Part shown: in pieces, positions 23,770-31,972 of the stretch
Layout of the letters: each line of letters opens with the position of its first letter
Position numbering within the stretch: position 1 is the stretch's first letter
Source: a virus
Taxonomy: Duplodnaviria > Heunggongvirae > Uroviricota > Caudoviricetes
Virus record (IMG/VR): IMGVR_UViG_3300009177_000029
Span: 1-41,063 of that record
DNA: 41,063 nucleotides
Direction: 5' to 3' (one strand)
Program-made: the position numbers and the translations under genes
The notes under the pieces: model-generated
What the model was told of the DNA's origin: nothing
The model's database searches: none
What the model saw: the letters and a program-made list of their open reading frames with translations, nothing else

Positions 23770-25689
23770 TTACTGGAAATCCTTGGTCAGTGTTGACACG
23801 CCGTTTTCCTTCGTGATCACAATCTTCTGATTGAAGAGTTGCTTGAACGAAGACTTGTGTGTCACAACAAACACAGTCTTGTAGCGTTCCTTCTGGTCTG
23901 CGAGCAGTGCGGTGATTGAGAGGTTGCCTGCGTCGTCGATGCTCTCGAATGGCTCATCCAGGAAGCGCCAAGGCAGTTGCTTGGCAGTTCGGAACGTAGC
24001 CAGGTCGCCCAGGGCCATCGCGATTACGAGGTCAGCACGAGCCTTCTCGCCCTTGCTGACGCCCTTGTACTGCTCACCGCCATGATTGTAGATGACACTG
24101 ATCTGGAACTTATCCTTGACGTCGCCCTTCTTCAAGGCAGTCTTGGTAGAGAACGTCACCTTCATTTCGTTGCCGGTAAGCACACGAGCATAGTAAGCAG
24201 CACGGTCATTCAGAACAGGTGTCACGTAGTCAAGCATGTAGCTACGGAGACCAGCCGGTGAGAAGCCATCGACCCAGAAACTGCAAAGCTTCTGCTCGCT
24301 TACCAACTTCTTGTGCTCGGCCATGAGGGCACACAGCTTATCCACCAACCCTATTACGAGCTTTGCCTTGTCTCCGAAGATCTCTCCGAAGTTGTGTTCC
24401 TCTGATTCTACCTTCTGCAATGCCGCTTGTTCCCGAGCCAAGTCAGTCTTGTGGCGAATCATCGAATGAGAGAATGCAGACTTGGTTGTGGCAACAGTGC
24501 GCAACGTGTTCATAGCCATAGTCTTTATGTTGACCATGCCCTGCAACGTCGCAAGCTCATTTGCTGCGGCATTGATTTCACGCTGGATTTCCCCATCCAA
24601 CAACTTGATTTCCGTAGTGTGCGCGAAGATGAGGTCTTGGTAGCCTTGCTTCTCCACGTCAACTTGTGCCAGTGCAGACTCAAGATGATCGGGTGTAATC
24701 TTGGCTTCACAGGTCGGACACGTGCCCTCAAGCTTTTGCAAGCGTTCACGACGCTTATCCTGCGTCGTGATGCCTTCCTTACCAATCATGAGTTGTAGTT
24801 CTTCGTGAAGGCGTTCGTCCTTGAGCTTCTTGATGCGAGCCTTGGCTGGTGTCTCGATAGCAAAGATCTGCTTGTTGAGACCGTCAATCTCACCCTTGAT
24901 ATCCTCAGCCTCTATTAGAAGTTGAGGTACCTTATCTAGCTCAGCCTGACAGTTTGCAATGTCCTGGACGAGCAACTGTATTCTTTCCTTGATATTAAAT
25001 ACGCTAGCCGCCTTGTTTTCAGTAAAGCTTTTCTCCAAAGCACGAAGCTGCCCAACTTCCTTCTCGATAGCATCGAGGGAGTTGCGACAGCTTATTTGCT
25101 TCGAAGCATTCAGCGACAACGCACCATCGAGTTCACGTGCACGTTCGCGGGCTTGTGCATATGCCGAGGAAAGCTGTTCTGTCTGCAACAGCTTCTCAAG
25201 CAGTTCCTTGATTCCAGTATCGGTCAACGTAGCTACGTTGACACCAGCACCAGGCATCATGGCACAGAAGGTGATGAAGTCGAAGCCAACAATCTGGTTG
25301 ATGACCTCTTGCAACTGCTTCATCTTCTTGGTCTTTTCGACCCCATTGATGAACAGGCGCAAGTCGTTGGGCTTGTCGATGCGGGTATCCTTACGATGGC
25401 GAGACACGATATACGTGTTGTTACCATCGCGGAGCTTGAGCCTGACCGCACAATCCTTTCCATGGCGACGGCGTACCACGTCATCACCGCTCAACTCTCG
25501 GGCAGTCTTATCCCAGAGACACCAACAGATAGCGTCAAACAACAGGCTTTTTCCGGCGCCGTTGCTCTCGAATCCGATAGGTGCGTCCTTGTTGACACCC
25601 GTGACCAAGATGAGACCCGGCTGATTGAGCTTCAACTTGACGTGCTCAATAGTGCAGAAGTTCTCAATCGTGATCTCTTCAAACTCCAT
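23770..25689 (-). CDS. sbcC: SbcC/Rad50 (gp46-like) recombination ATPase
   Basis: SNGAGKS, coiled coil with CPTC zinc hook, SKGE signature, LDEPFE, VTH. Confidence 0.92.
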   Translation of the reverse strand: MEFEEITIENFCTIEHVKLKLNQPGLILVTGVNKDAPIGFESNGAGKSLLFDAICWCLWDKTARELSGDDVVRRRHGKDCAVRLKLRDGNNTYIVSRHRKDTRIDKPNDLRLFINGVEKTKKMKQLQEVINQIVGFDFITFCAMMPGAGVNVATLTDTGIKELLEKLLQTEQLSSAYAQARERARELDGALSLNASKQISCRNSLDAIEKEVGQLRALEKSFTENKAASVFNIKERIQLLVQDIANCQAELDKVPQLLIEAEDIKGEIDGLNKQIFAIETPAKARIKKLKDERLHEELQLMIGKEGITTQDKRRERLQKLEGTCPTCEAKITPDHLESALAQVDVEKQGYQDLIFAHTTEIKLLDGEIQREINAAANELATLQGMVNIKTMAMNTLRTVATTKSAFSHSMIRHKTDLAREQAALQKVESEEHNFGEIFGDKAKLVIGLVDKLCALMAEHKKLVSEQKLCSFWVDGFSPAGLRSYMLDYVTPVLNDRAAYYARVLTGNEMKVTFSTKTALKKGDVKDKFQISVIYNHGGEQYKGVSKGEKARADLVIAMALGDLATFRTAKQLPWRFLDEPFESIDDAGNLSITALLADQKERYKTVFVVTHKSSFKQLFNQKIVITKENGVSTLTKDFQ

Positions 25690-26584
25690 GCTTGCCCTCA
25701 CGTAAGTAGTTCGTTAGCTCACACACTACGTCATGGATGACGTCTGTTCGATAGAAACCGGAAGAGTGGATGCAGTTGATTTCCACGACCTTGAGGTCGA
25801 AGCAACCACGCCCCGAGCCGTACTTGCCATTACCGTCCGCAGGTACACACGCTACGTCCAGCACAAACGCACCAGCCTCAGCAATCTTGTCGCCTTGTTC
25901 CTTCGCGAACTGCTTGATTTCATAGGCTTGTGAGATATCACGCAGCGAACCATCTGGCGCTGTATCTACGTCAACCAACCATGGGTCAATACGACCATTG
26001 TGCTTGTAGCCTACAACTGCGGCAATCTTTCCACCAATGTACCAGGTGCGGTACTCTGTGCTGATTGGCAGTACGCGGTTGACGTACACCGGAGAATCCA
26101 AGGTGAGAGACAAGTCGTCACCTAGACGTGGCGCATTGTCCACAATCTGCTGGAAGCCTTGTACGTCTGTGACCTTGCCACCGAAGAGCTTGATACCCAA
26201 CTCAGGACGCACAAAGAAGTCCTTCGTAGGATCCTGTGCCAGTGCTTCACGCACGGTCATCTTCTGTGCACCAGCGTTCAAATAGTCAGCGCCAAAACGT
26301 GGGCCATACCACGGCACCGAGTGCATTACCGGGTCGTAGAAGAACGCTGCCTTGTCACACAGTGTTGGGTCGTTGTGCACCATCTGCACAAGCTTGGTCG
26401 ACCCGTAGTAGATACGAGGACCATCCCACGTGAAGTTGGGCACCTGACCGACAAACGGAGGAAGAGGGAACGCACCCCAGCTAATGCCGAAGGCGTTGAA
26501 CACCTCGACCATATTGGCTGCGCTATCTTCCTGCTTGAGTCGGCTCTGCACCAACCACAACACTTGTGACCAACTGTACTTCAT
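25679..26584 (-). CDS. ATP-grasp domain protein (DUF4343/R2K-like)
   Basis: YYGS, YLN, FFVRP..KLFGG, EYR, FVLDVA, KVVEINCIHSSGFY. Confidence 0.8.
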   Translation of the reverse strand: MKYSWSQVLWLVQSRLKQEDSAANMVEVFNAFGISWGAFPLPPFVGQVPNFTWDGPRIYYGSTKLVQMVHNDPTLCDKAAFFYDPVMHSVPWYGPRFGADYLNAGAQKMTVREALAQDPTKDFFVRPELGIKLFGGKVTDVQGFQQIVDNAPRLGDDLSLTLDSPVYVNRVLPISTEYRTWYIGGKIAAVVGYKHNGRIDPWLVDVDTAPDGSLRDISQAYEIKQFAKEQGDKIAEAGAFVLDVACVPADGNGKYGSGRGCFDLKVVEINCIHSSGFYRTDVIHDVVCELTNYLREGKHGV

Positions 26585-26772
26585 ACGTCTCTTCCACAGT
26601 CTGGACAGTACATGGACAGTTCTCCCATGCATGAAGCTCGACGCTGATTCGGATGCTCGCAATCGAGTTGCAAATGCTTGTACTCAATCTGTAGATGATC
26701 TTGCTGGCGCTTCAACTCTCGACTGAGGTGGTCGAGGGCGCGCTTGCGCTCACGCACTGCTTCGGGTGTCAT
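26581..26772 (-). CDS. Small zinc-binding hypothetical protein
   Basis: CEH...CPDCG. Confidence 0.65.
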   Translation of the reverse strand: MTPEAVRERKRALDHLSRELKRQQDHLQIEYKHLQLDCEHPNQRRASCMGELSMYCPDCGRDV

Positions 26773-26993
26773 GTGACCTCGTGGACATGGTTCACATTGA
26801 TCCAGTGACCATCGACACCCGGACCCTCGCCGTCAGTTTCGCGTGAGTCCAACTCTGGGTAATGTTGAACGATCAGCTTCAACCACTCAGATTCGTTCTT
26901 CGGTGCTTGTGCCATGTCAAACTGCATGTAGTAGTCATCACTACTTTCACTCGTGACGTGAACTACAAACTTCTTCATGATGGCTTTCTTCAT
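26769..26993 (-). CDS. Hypothetical protein
   Basis: ATGA overlaps. Confidence 0.65.
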   Translation of the reverse strand: MKKAIMKKFVVHVTSESSDDYYMQFDMAQAPKNESEWLKLIVQHYPELDSRETDGEGPGVDGHWINVNHVHEVT

Positions 26994-27508
26994 ACCTTCT
27001 CCCTGTTCGGAGCCACATCCTGGAACGGCTTATCTAAGCCCAAGTATTCCATGTGCTTGACGAAACCATTGCGAGTAAAGAAACCCCAATCCTTCTCATC
27101 CGGACCAGACACGAAGATTGTCCATGCGCCAGCCTTGAGATCCTTGAGTACCACTCGATGGAACGTGTCACCTGTGATGTAGTTGAATCCAGGTGCCTTC
27201 CTGTCGAACACATCCGGTTCCAAGTACGAGAGCGCGTGCATAGCGTTGTGTCGGTACTCGTAGTACCCACCCGTCAGGATGAGACTGAAAGACCAACGCC
27301 ACGGATGGTTGTGCAGGTCACGGTCCGGATCACTCTGATAGAAGTGATGGAGATAGATGCCTGGAAGACGCCCGTTGTGCTTGAGATAGAAACGATGAAG
27401 ATACGGCTTGCCGTCAACTTCAATCAGCTTCGCTCGTCCCGGAAACTTCTTGATCAGGAAGTTGCCCACCAGATTCACGATACGGACCCAGAGTTTCATC
27501 ATGTTCAT
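26990..27508 (-). CDS. Cupin-fold phage protein
   Basis: YLHHF..SDPDRDLHNHPW..SLILTGGYYE...FHRV...WGF. Confidence 0.7.
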   Translation of the reverse strand: MNMMKLWVRIVNLVGNFLIKKFPGRAKLIEVDGKPYLHRFYLKHNGRLPGIYLHHFYQSDPDRDLHNHPWRWSFSLILTGGYYEYRHNAMHALSYLEPDVFDRKAPGFNYITGDTFHRVVLKDLKAGAWTIFVSGPDEKDWGFFTRNGFVKHMEYLGLDKPFQDVAPNREKV

Positions 27509-27719
27509 CCCTCGTAATCACGGCGAAGAGCCGTACGTTGTAGTGTCCGAGCGGCAGTGTAGCCTTTCCTACGCACGGTGCAAGTGCCACTCGGTTCACG
27601 ACCTCAGCAAAGTCAGCTTCAGTCTGATCGCCTTCTGCTCGCAAGGTGAAGTCTACGTCAGCCATAATGTCAACTACCGACGTGTTGACATTGGCACTGA
27701 GTTCAATCTGACGCTTCAC
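27420..27719 (-). CDS. Hypothetical protein
   Basis: Fills the gap; 89-bp overlap with the downstream gene. Confidence 0.5.
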   Translation of the reverse strand: MKRQIELSANVNTSVVDIMADVDFTLRAEGDQTEADFAEVVNRVALAPCVGKATLPLGHYNVRLFAVITRDEHDETLGPYRESGGQLPDQEVSGTSEAD

Positions 27720-28017
27720 TGTTCGCTCTCAATCTTGCAGCCGCATCACCGCGAATCTCGCTCATCTTCTTTGGCTTGTTGCGAACAGCCATTGCCTCAT
27801 CGCCATGAACCAGAATGTCAGTGTATGTCGATTCGAGGATGAGGAACTTGTCCACATTCACTAGTAGAGCCCGCATGTCACAAGGCCCAAACATGTGAAC
27901 TTCCTTCTTGGACACAACCACGCGAGCCTTCCACTCGCCAGGATTGCGCGTCTGAAAGAAGTGCACGTCCACGTTCTGTGACGCAGGCTTGAGCTTGATG
28001 TTAGAGAAGTCAGTCAT
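27703..28017 (-). CDS. Hypothetical protein
   Basis: Operon packing. Confidence 0.65.
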   Translation of the reverse strand: MTDFSNIKLKPASQNVDVHFFQTRNPGEWKARVVVSKKEVHMFGPCDMRALLVNVDKFLILESTYTDILVHGDEAMAVRNKPKKMSEIRGDAAARLRANSEASD

Positions 28018-29152
28018 TCTCTTGTACTTTCGCGAGGATAGTCCTGCCGTATTCGATCAACTCCTCGTGAGTCACATCGGGCATGTTTTCCTTGAGCCAA
28101 GGTTCGTTTGCCTTGACCCACGTCTCAACCATAGCAGCCGGGGTTAGGTGCTTCTCGTCTAGTTCGATAGCTTGCAGCTTGGCTTTCGGTGGCACGTAGA
28201 TGACCTCGCAGTTGGTGGACTTGATCGTCTTACGCATAGCATCTGCGTCTGCCGGAGACAACCGCTTTTCCGTGAGCACCTTCACGAAGTCCTTCTCGCG
28301 AAGGTTTGCCGTAGTGAGTTCTTCTTCCGTCACTGCAATGAACCGTGCAGCTTCACTCTCAATGAAATCGAACTCGATGTGGTGCTGGTAGACACGCACA
28401 TGGAGAAAGCCACGCTTAGTATTTACATCACCCCAGTTATGTTGATGGGATGCTCCGATGTACCAGCCATTAGGAAACAGTGGTTGATGCTGGTGGAAGT
28501 GACCGAAGAGACACCCTGCAAATGCTGTATAGGGGATGTCACCAACGCCAATGTCGCCTTCGCTAACCAAAACGTAATCGCTGCCAACCTTGGCACCCTG
28601 CATGCCCAAGTGAGCAAACAAGAGCTTCGGACCTTCGCACACAGTGTCTGCGTGGTTGCGAATCGTGTCTATTGCAAGCTGTCTGTTCTCTGTGTACGGA
28701 ACAAAACACAGAGTGTACGTGTCTCCACGACGACCACGAACATGCGACCTCAGACTGCCTGAGCGCTCCCAACCCTTCACGACAACGTTGGGTATATGGT
28801 CAAAGACTTCCAGAGAGTGGACCTTACCCTCACGGTCAAAGCAATCGTGATTACCGACCAGCATGTAGACTGCTTCTACATTCTTGGCGAACTTGGCAAT
28901 CTCACGCGACGTGAAGTTGAATGCGTCAGTAGACACTGCCTCACGTGTGTGAAACAAGTCCCCACCGAACACAATCTTTTCGATGTCGTGTTCGTCCGCA
29001 TACTTGCGCATCTGTTCGATAACCTGGCAAGCGTCTACAAGACGGGAGTTCGTAAGAACCCCGTCGTGCATGACTTCTTGTGATCCGAACGGAAATGGGT
29101 GTGCGTGATGGTCCGAGAAGACGAGCAACTCGTCAATCAATACATCTGCCAT
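28010..29152 (-). CDS. sbcD: SbcD/Mre11 (gp47-like) nuclease
   Basis: FSDHH, GGDLFH, VGNHD, FAHLG, GHFH, YIGA. Confidence 0.9.
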   Translation of the reverse strand: MADVLIDELLVFSDHHAHPFPFGSQEVMHDGVLTNSRLVDACQVIEQMRKYADEHDIEKIVFGGDLFHTREAVSTDAFNFTSREIAKFAKNVEAVYMLVGNHDCFDREGKVHSLEVFDHIPNVVVKGWERSGSLRSHVRGRRGDTYTLCFVPYTENRQLAIDTIRNHADTVCEGPKLLFAHLGMQGAKVGSDYVLVSEGDIGVGDIPYTAFAGCLFGHFHQHQPLFPNGWYIGASHQHNWGDVNTKRGFLHVRVYQHHIEFDFIESEAARFIAVTEEELTTANLREKDFVKVLTEKRLSPADADAMRKTIKSTNCEVIYVPPKAKLQAIELDEKHLTPAAMVETWVKANEPWLKENMPDVTHEELIEYGRTILAKVQEND

Positions 29153-29309
29153 GTGGTATTTCGCTTGGCTTGTATACAGGACAACCCGCCTTTACCCAAT
29201 CCATACGCTCGCCTGTAACATCGCGCACAGAGTTCTGAGGGTCTGCCAGTTTCTCTAGCAGCTTCCTCAGAACCGGATGGAGCGGTGTGAAATCAACCCT
29301 TGAGATCAT
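29133..29309 (-). CDS. Small hypothetical protein
   Basis: [18 protein letters not shown]... fills the recA-sbcD gap; start uncertain. Confidence 0.45.
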   Translation of the reverse strand: MISRVDFTPLHPVLRKLLEKLADPQNSVRDVTGERMDWVKAGCPVYKPSEIPHGRCID

Positions 29310-30357
29310 AGTGCTTGCGGATCGCCTCGGAAAGCGGAGCAACCATGTCTGGATGCTGCCTGAGATATTCCACAGCCTTGTCACGGCCTTGTCCAATGCG
29401 CTCACCCTGGTAGCTGTACCATGCGCCGGACTTCTCCACAAGCTCAAGCTGTGCGCCGATATCAATCAGCTCACCGAAGTAGTCCACACCCTTGCCATAG
29501 AGAATGTCGAACTCTACTTCACGGAACGGAGGAGCTACCTTGTTCTTGATGATCTTCACACGTGTACGCGTGCCAATCACATCTTCTCCACGCTTGAGCG
29601 TACCGACCTTGCGAATGTCCAAGCGGCCAGAAGCGTAGAACTTGAGTGCGTTACCACCCGTCGTTGTCTCTGGGTTACCGAACATCACACCGATCTTCAT
29701 ACGGATCTGGTTGATGAAGATGACAAGTGTCTGGCTCTCACCTACGATTGGTGTGAGCTTACGGCATGCCTGGCTCATGAGACGAGCCTGGACACCCATC
29801 GTCGCTGCGCCCATGTCTGCCTCTTGCTCTGCCTGAGGCACCAGGGCGGCCACAGAGTCGATGACGATGACGTCGTAGGCTCCGGACTGCGCAAGGGTCT
29901 CAACGATTTCTAGGGCTTCCTCGCCGCTCGATGGTTGTGCGAAGGTGAGTGCGTCCATGTCCACACCAAGCGCACGAGCGTACGCCGGATCGAGAGCATG
30001 CTCAACGTCGATGAATGCAGCCAAGCCGCCATTCTTCTGAGCGTTTGCAATCGCGTGCAGCGTCAAGGTCGTCTTACCGCTGGCTTCTGGACCAAAGATT
30101 TCGATGATGCGACCACGTGGGTAGCCACCAACACCGAGAGCGATATCCAAACCGAGGCTTCCCGTAGTGAGAACCTCAACATCCTTGAGTGTGCAGTCAC
30201 CAAACAAGTTCACTGCGTCATCGCCATGCGTCTTCTTGATGAGTGCAATAGCAGCAGCAGCGGCCTTTTTCTTGTCACCGCCAAACTTGGTTAGGTCGAC
30301 CTTCTCTTTTGGGGCCTTCTTGCCCTTGCGTTCGATAACTGTTTCTTCGTCTGACAT
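29293..30357 (-). CDS. recA: RecA recombinase (bacterial-type)
   Basis: [70 protein letters not shown]. Confidence 0.98.
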   Translation of the reverse strand: MSDEETVIERKGKKAPKEKVDLTKFGGDKKKAAAAAIALIKKTHGDDAVNLFGDCTLKDVEVLTTGSLGLDIALGVGGYPRGRIIEIFGPEASGKTTLTLHAIANAQKNGGLAAFIDVEHALDPAYARALGVDMDALTFAQPSSGEEALEIVETLAQSGAYDVIVIDSVAALVPQAEQEADMGAATMGVQARLMSQACRKLTPIVGESQTLVIFINQIRMKIGVMFGNPETTTGGNALKFYASGRLDIRKVGTLKRGEDVIGTRTRVKIIKNKVAPPFREVEFDILYGKGVDYFGELIDIGAQLELVEKSGAWYSYQGERIGQGRDKAVEYLRQHPDMVAPLSEAIRKHYDLKG

Positions 30358-30370
30358 GTTGTACCTCTAC

Positions 30371-30411
30371 AAATAGAAAAGGCCCACAGCTACAAAGTAG
30401 CCATGAGCCTT
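30371..30411 (-). terminator. Rho-independent terminator after the SSB gene
   Basis: Minus strand AAGGCTCATGGCTAC-TTT-GTAGCTGTGGGCCTT stem (with G-U pairs), followed by TTCTATTT. Confidence 0.75.
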
Positions 30412-30434
30412 CGCCATTCCCACCCTTGTTCTTC

Positions 30435-31337
30435 TCAGTCGTCGAGCTGCTTGCGCATGTCCGCAGCGAGGTCATCGCCGCCGTCATCGCCCGCCCATGC
30501 AGTCGAGGCTGCCGACTTCTTCGAGCTACGTGTCTCAGGTTCCGCTACGACACGAGTGTCCGATGCGCTTGCAGGAAGCAGACCGGAGAACTCCGATGCG
30601 GGACCTTCACCGAGCAACTTCACCATGTCTGCGTAGCTGTGAACCTTGCCGATCTTCGAGAGGTCGGGAAGCTTGAAGTCCGCAGGGATTGGCGCACGAG
30701 TTGGCTTCAACTCTGGCGTCACGGTGTAGCGCGTCTTGAGTGGATCCTTGTTCGGGATCTTCGTCAACACGATGTTGTAGCCCGCCTCAGCGTCCGTGAT
30801 GTCCATCTCGTTCGCAACGACGATGTTCATCACCTGCTCAGCGATCGTGGACGTTGCGGCGTAGCACTGCACCTTCGGGTCACCAACCTCGAACGGACAA
30901 TCCGAATCCGGACGTTCCTTCTTCCAGTCAGCGATATCCTTCGCGGTGTAGCTCTGGTCATTCATGTCAACAATGGACATGAGATACGCGAGCTTCGCAC
31001 GCAAATCCTTGACAAGCTGCTGGGCTTCTACGTCGCCCTTGCGCTGCTTGAGCTGGTCCACGAACTCACAGATAGGGCACGACTTGTCGTCTGCCGCGTG
31101 TGGGGTCTTGTGTGGGCAGAGCACAGGTCCGGTGCCTTCCGCTACGTTCCAGTGCTGATGCACCTCACGGAAGAACTGACCAGCCATCGGACCCTCATCC
31201 GTCCACGGAGGAAGGATGCGAATCACGTTCTTGCCTGCCTGGGGCTTCCAGAACTTGAGGCTTGGTCCGCCACCGCGTGCCATTCGTGCCTGTAGATCCT
31301 GCGCCGCCTTCTTCAACTTTTCGTAATCAAGTGCCAT
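30435..31337 (-). CDS. Single-stranded DNA-binding protein, T4 gp32-like
   Basis: FWKP..GKNVIRILPPW, HW, CP...CPICE, GYNIVL, TRYTV, acidic C-terminal tail. Confidence 0.85.
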   Translation of the reverse strand: MALDYEKLKKAAQDLQARMARGGGPSLKFWKPQAGKNVIRILPPWTDEGPMAGQFFREVHQHWNVAEGTGPVLCPHKTPHAADDKSCPICEFVDQLKQRKGDVEAQQLVKDLRAKLAYLMSIVDMNDQSYTAKDIADWKKERPDSDCPFEVGDPKVQCYAATSTIAEQVMNIVVANEMDITDAEAGYNIVLTKIPNKDPLKTRYTVTPELKPTRAPIPADFKLPDLSKIGKVHSYADMVKLLGEGPASEFSGLLPASASDTRVVAEPETRSSKKSAASTAWAGDDGGDDLAADMRKQLDD

Positions 31338-31388
31338 TGTGATTTCTCCTGTTTGTTTTGTTGCTACCTACTTGGTAGTTGAGCCAAT

Positions 31389-31416
31389 ACTTTACCACGG
31401 ACGTGCGAGTTGTCAA
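31389..31416 (-). promoter_or_regulatory. sigma70-like promoter TTGACA-N16-TAAAGT with extended -10 TG
   Basis: Minus strand ttgaca actcgcacgtccgtgg taaagt. Confidence 0.65.
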
Positions 31417-31925
31417 CGAGTATTACCCGAAATCGTCTCTCGCACGGCGGCTGCCTTGACAGACAAATCTGCCTGCATTTCAGCCCTAAACGCAGAGCCA
31501 AGCTGGATGAGCATGTCCTTGCGTTGAATCATCGAAAGCATTGCAACCTTGAGCACGGAACACTGCTTCTGTGCTTCAACGGTTTCCTCTTGGAATGCTA
31601 GGTAGCGGTCGTCTGTCACCACTGAGTTTTCGATCATCTTCTCAGTGACCTTGACACCCGCGTTCATCAGCTCTGCACGCTTCTCATGATCGATGAGAGC
31701 ATAGAGACGCTTGAGCGCGTTCTCATGCTGCTGCACCTTGATGCTCGCAAGTTCGTAGCAAGTTGCGTAGAACGCGAATCGTTCTGGCTGCTTCATGAAC
31801 TCGCTGTTCAAGTCACTGCGATTGACGAAGAGGTCTTCTTCTAGTTGTGAGTTGTAGGTGGTATTGCCTACTGTGAATGTTGGGTTCAACTCTCCGAGAG
31901 TTGGTGTCTGTTCGATGTCTGGCAT
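31413..31925 (-). CDS. UvsY-like recombination mediator
   Basis: EEDLFVNRSDLNSEFMKQP...YA helical pattern; located between polA and SSB/RecA. Confidence 0.6.
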   Translation of the reverse strand: MPDIEQTPTLGELNPTFTVGNTTYNSQLEEDLFVNRSDLNSEFMKQPERFAFYATCYELASIKVQQHENALKRLYALIDHEKRAELMNAGVKVTEKMIENSVVTDDRYLAFQEETVEAQKQCSVLKVAMLSMIQRKDMLIQLGSAFRAEMQADLSVKAAAVRETISGNTR

Positions 31926-31944
31926 TTGTTTCCTCGTTCGCTCC

Positions 31945-31972
31945 ATCGTAGCAGGGCGATTGCCACTGTCAA
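31945..31972 (-). promoter_or_regulatory. sigma70-like promoter TTGACA-N16-TACGAT with extended -10 TG
   Basis: Minus strand ttgaca gtggcaatcgccctgc tacgat. Confidence 0.7.
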
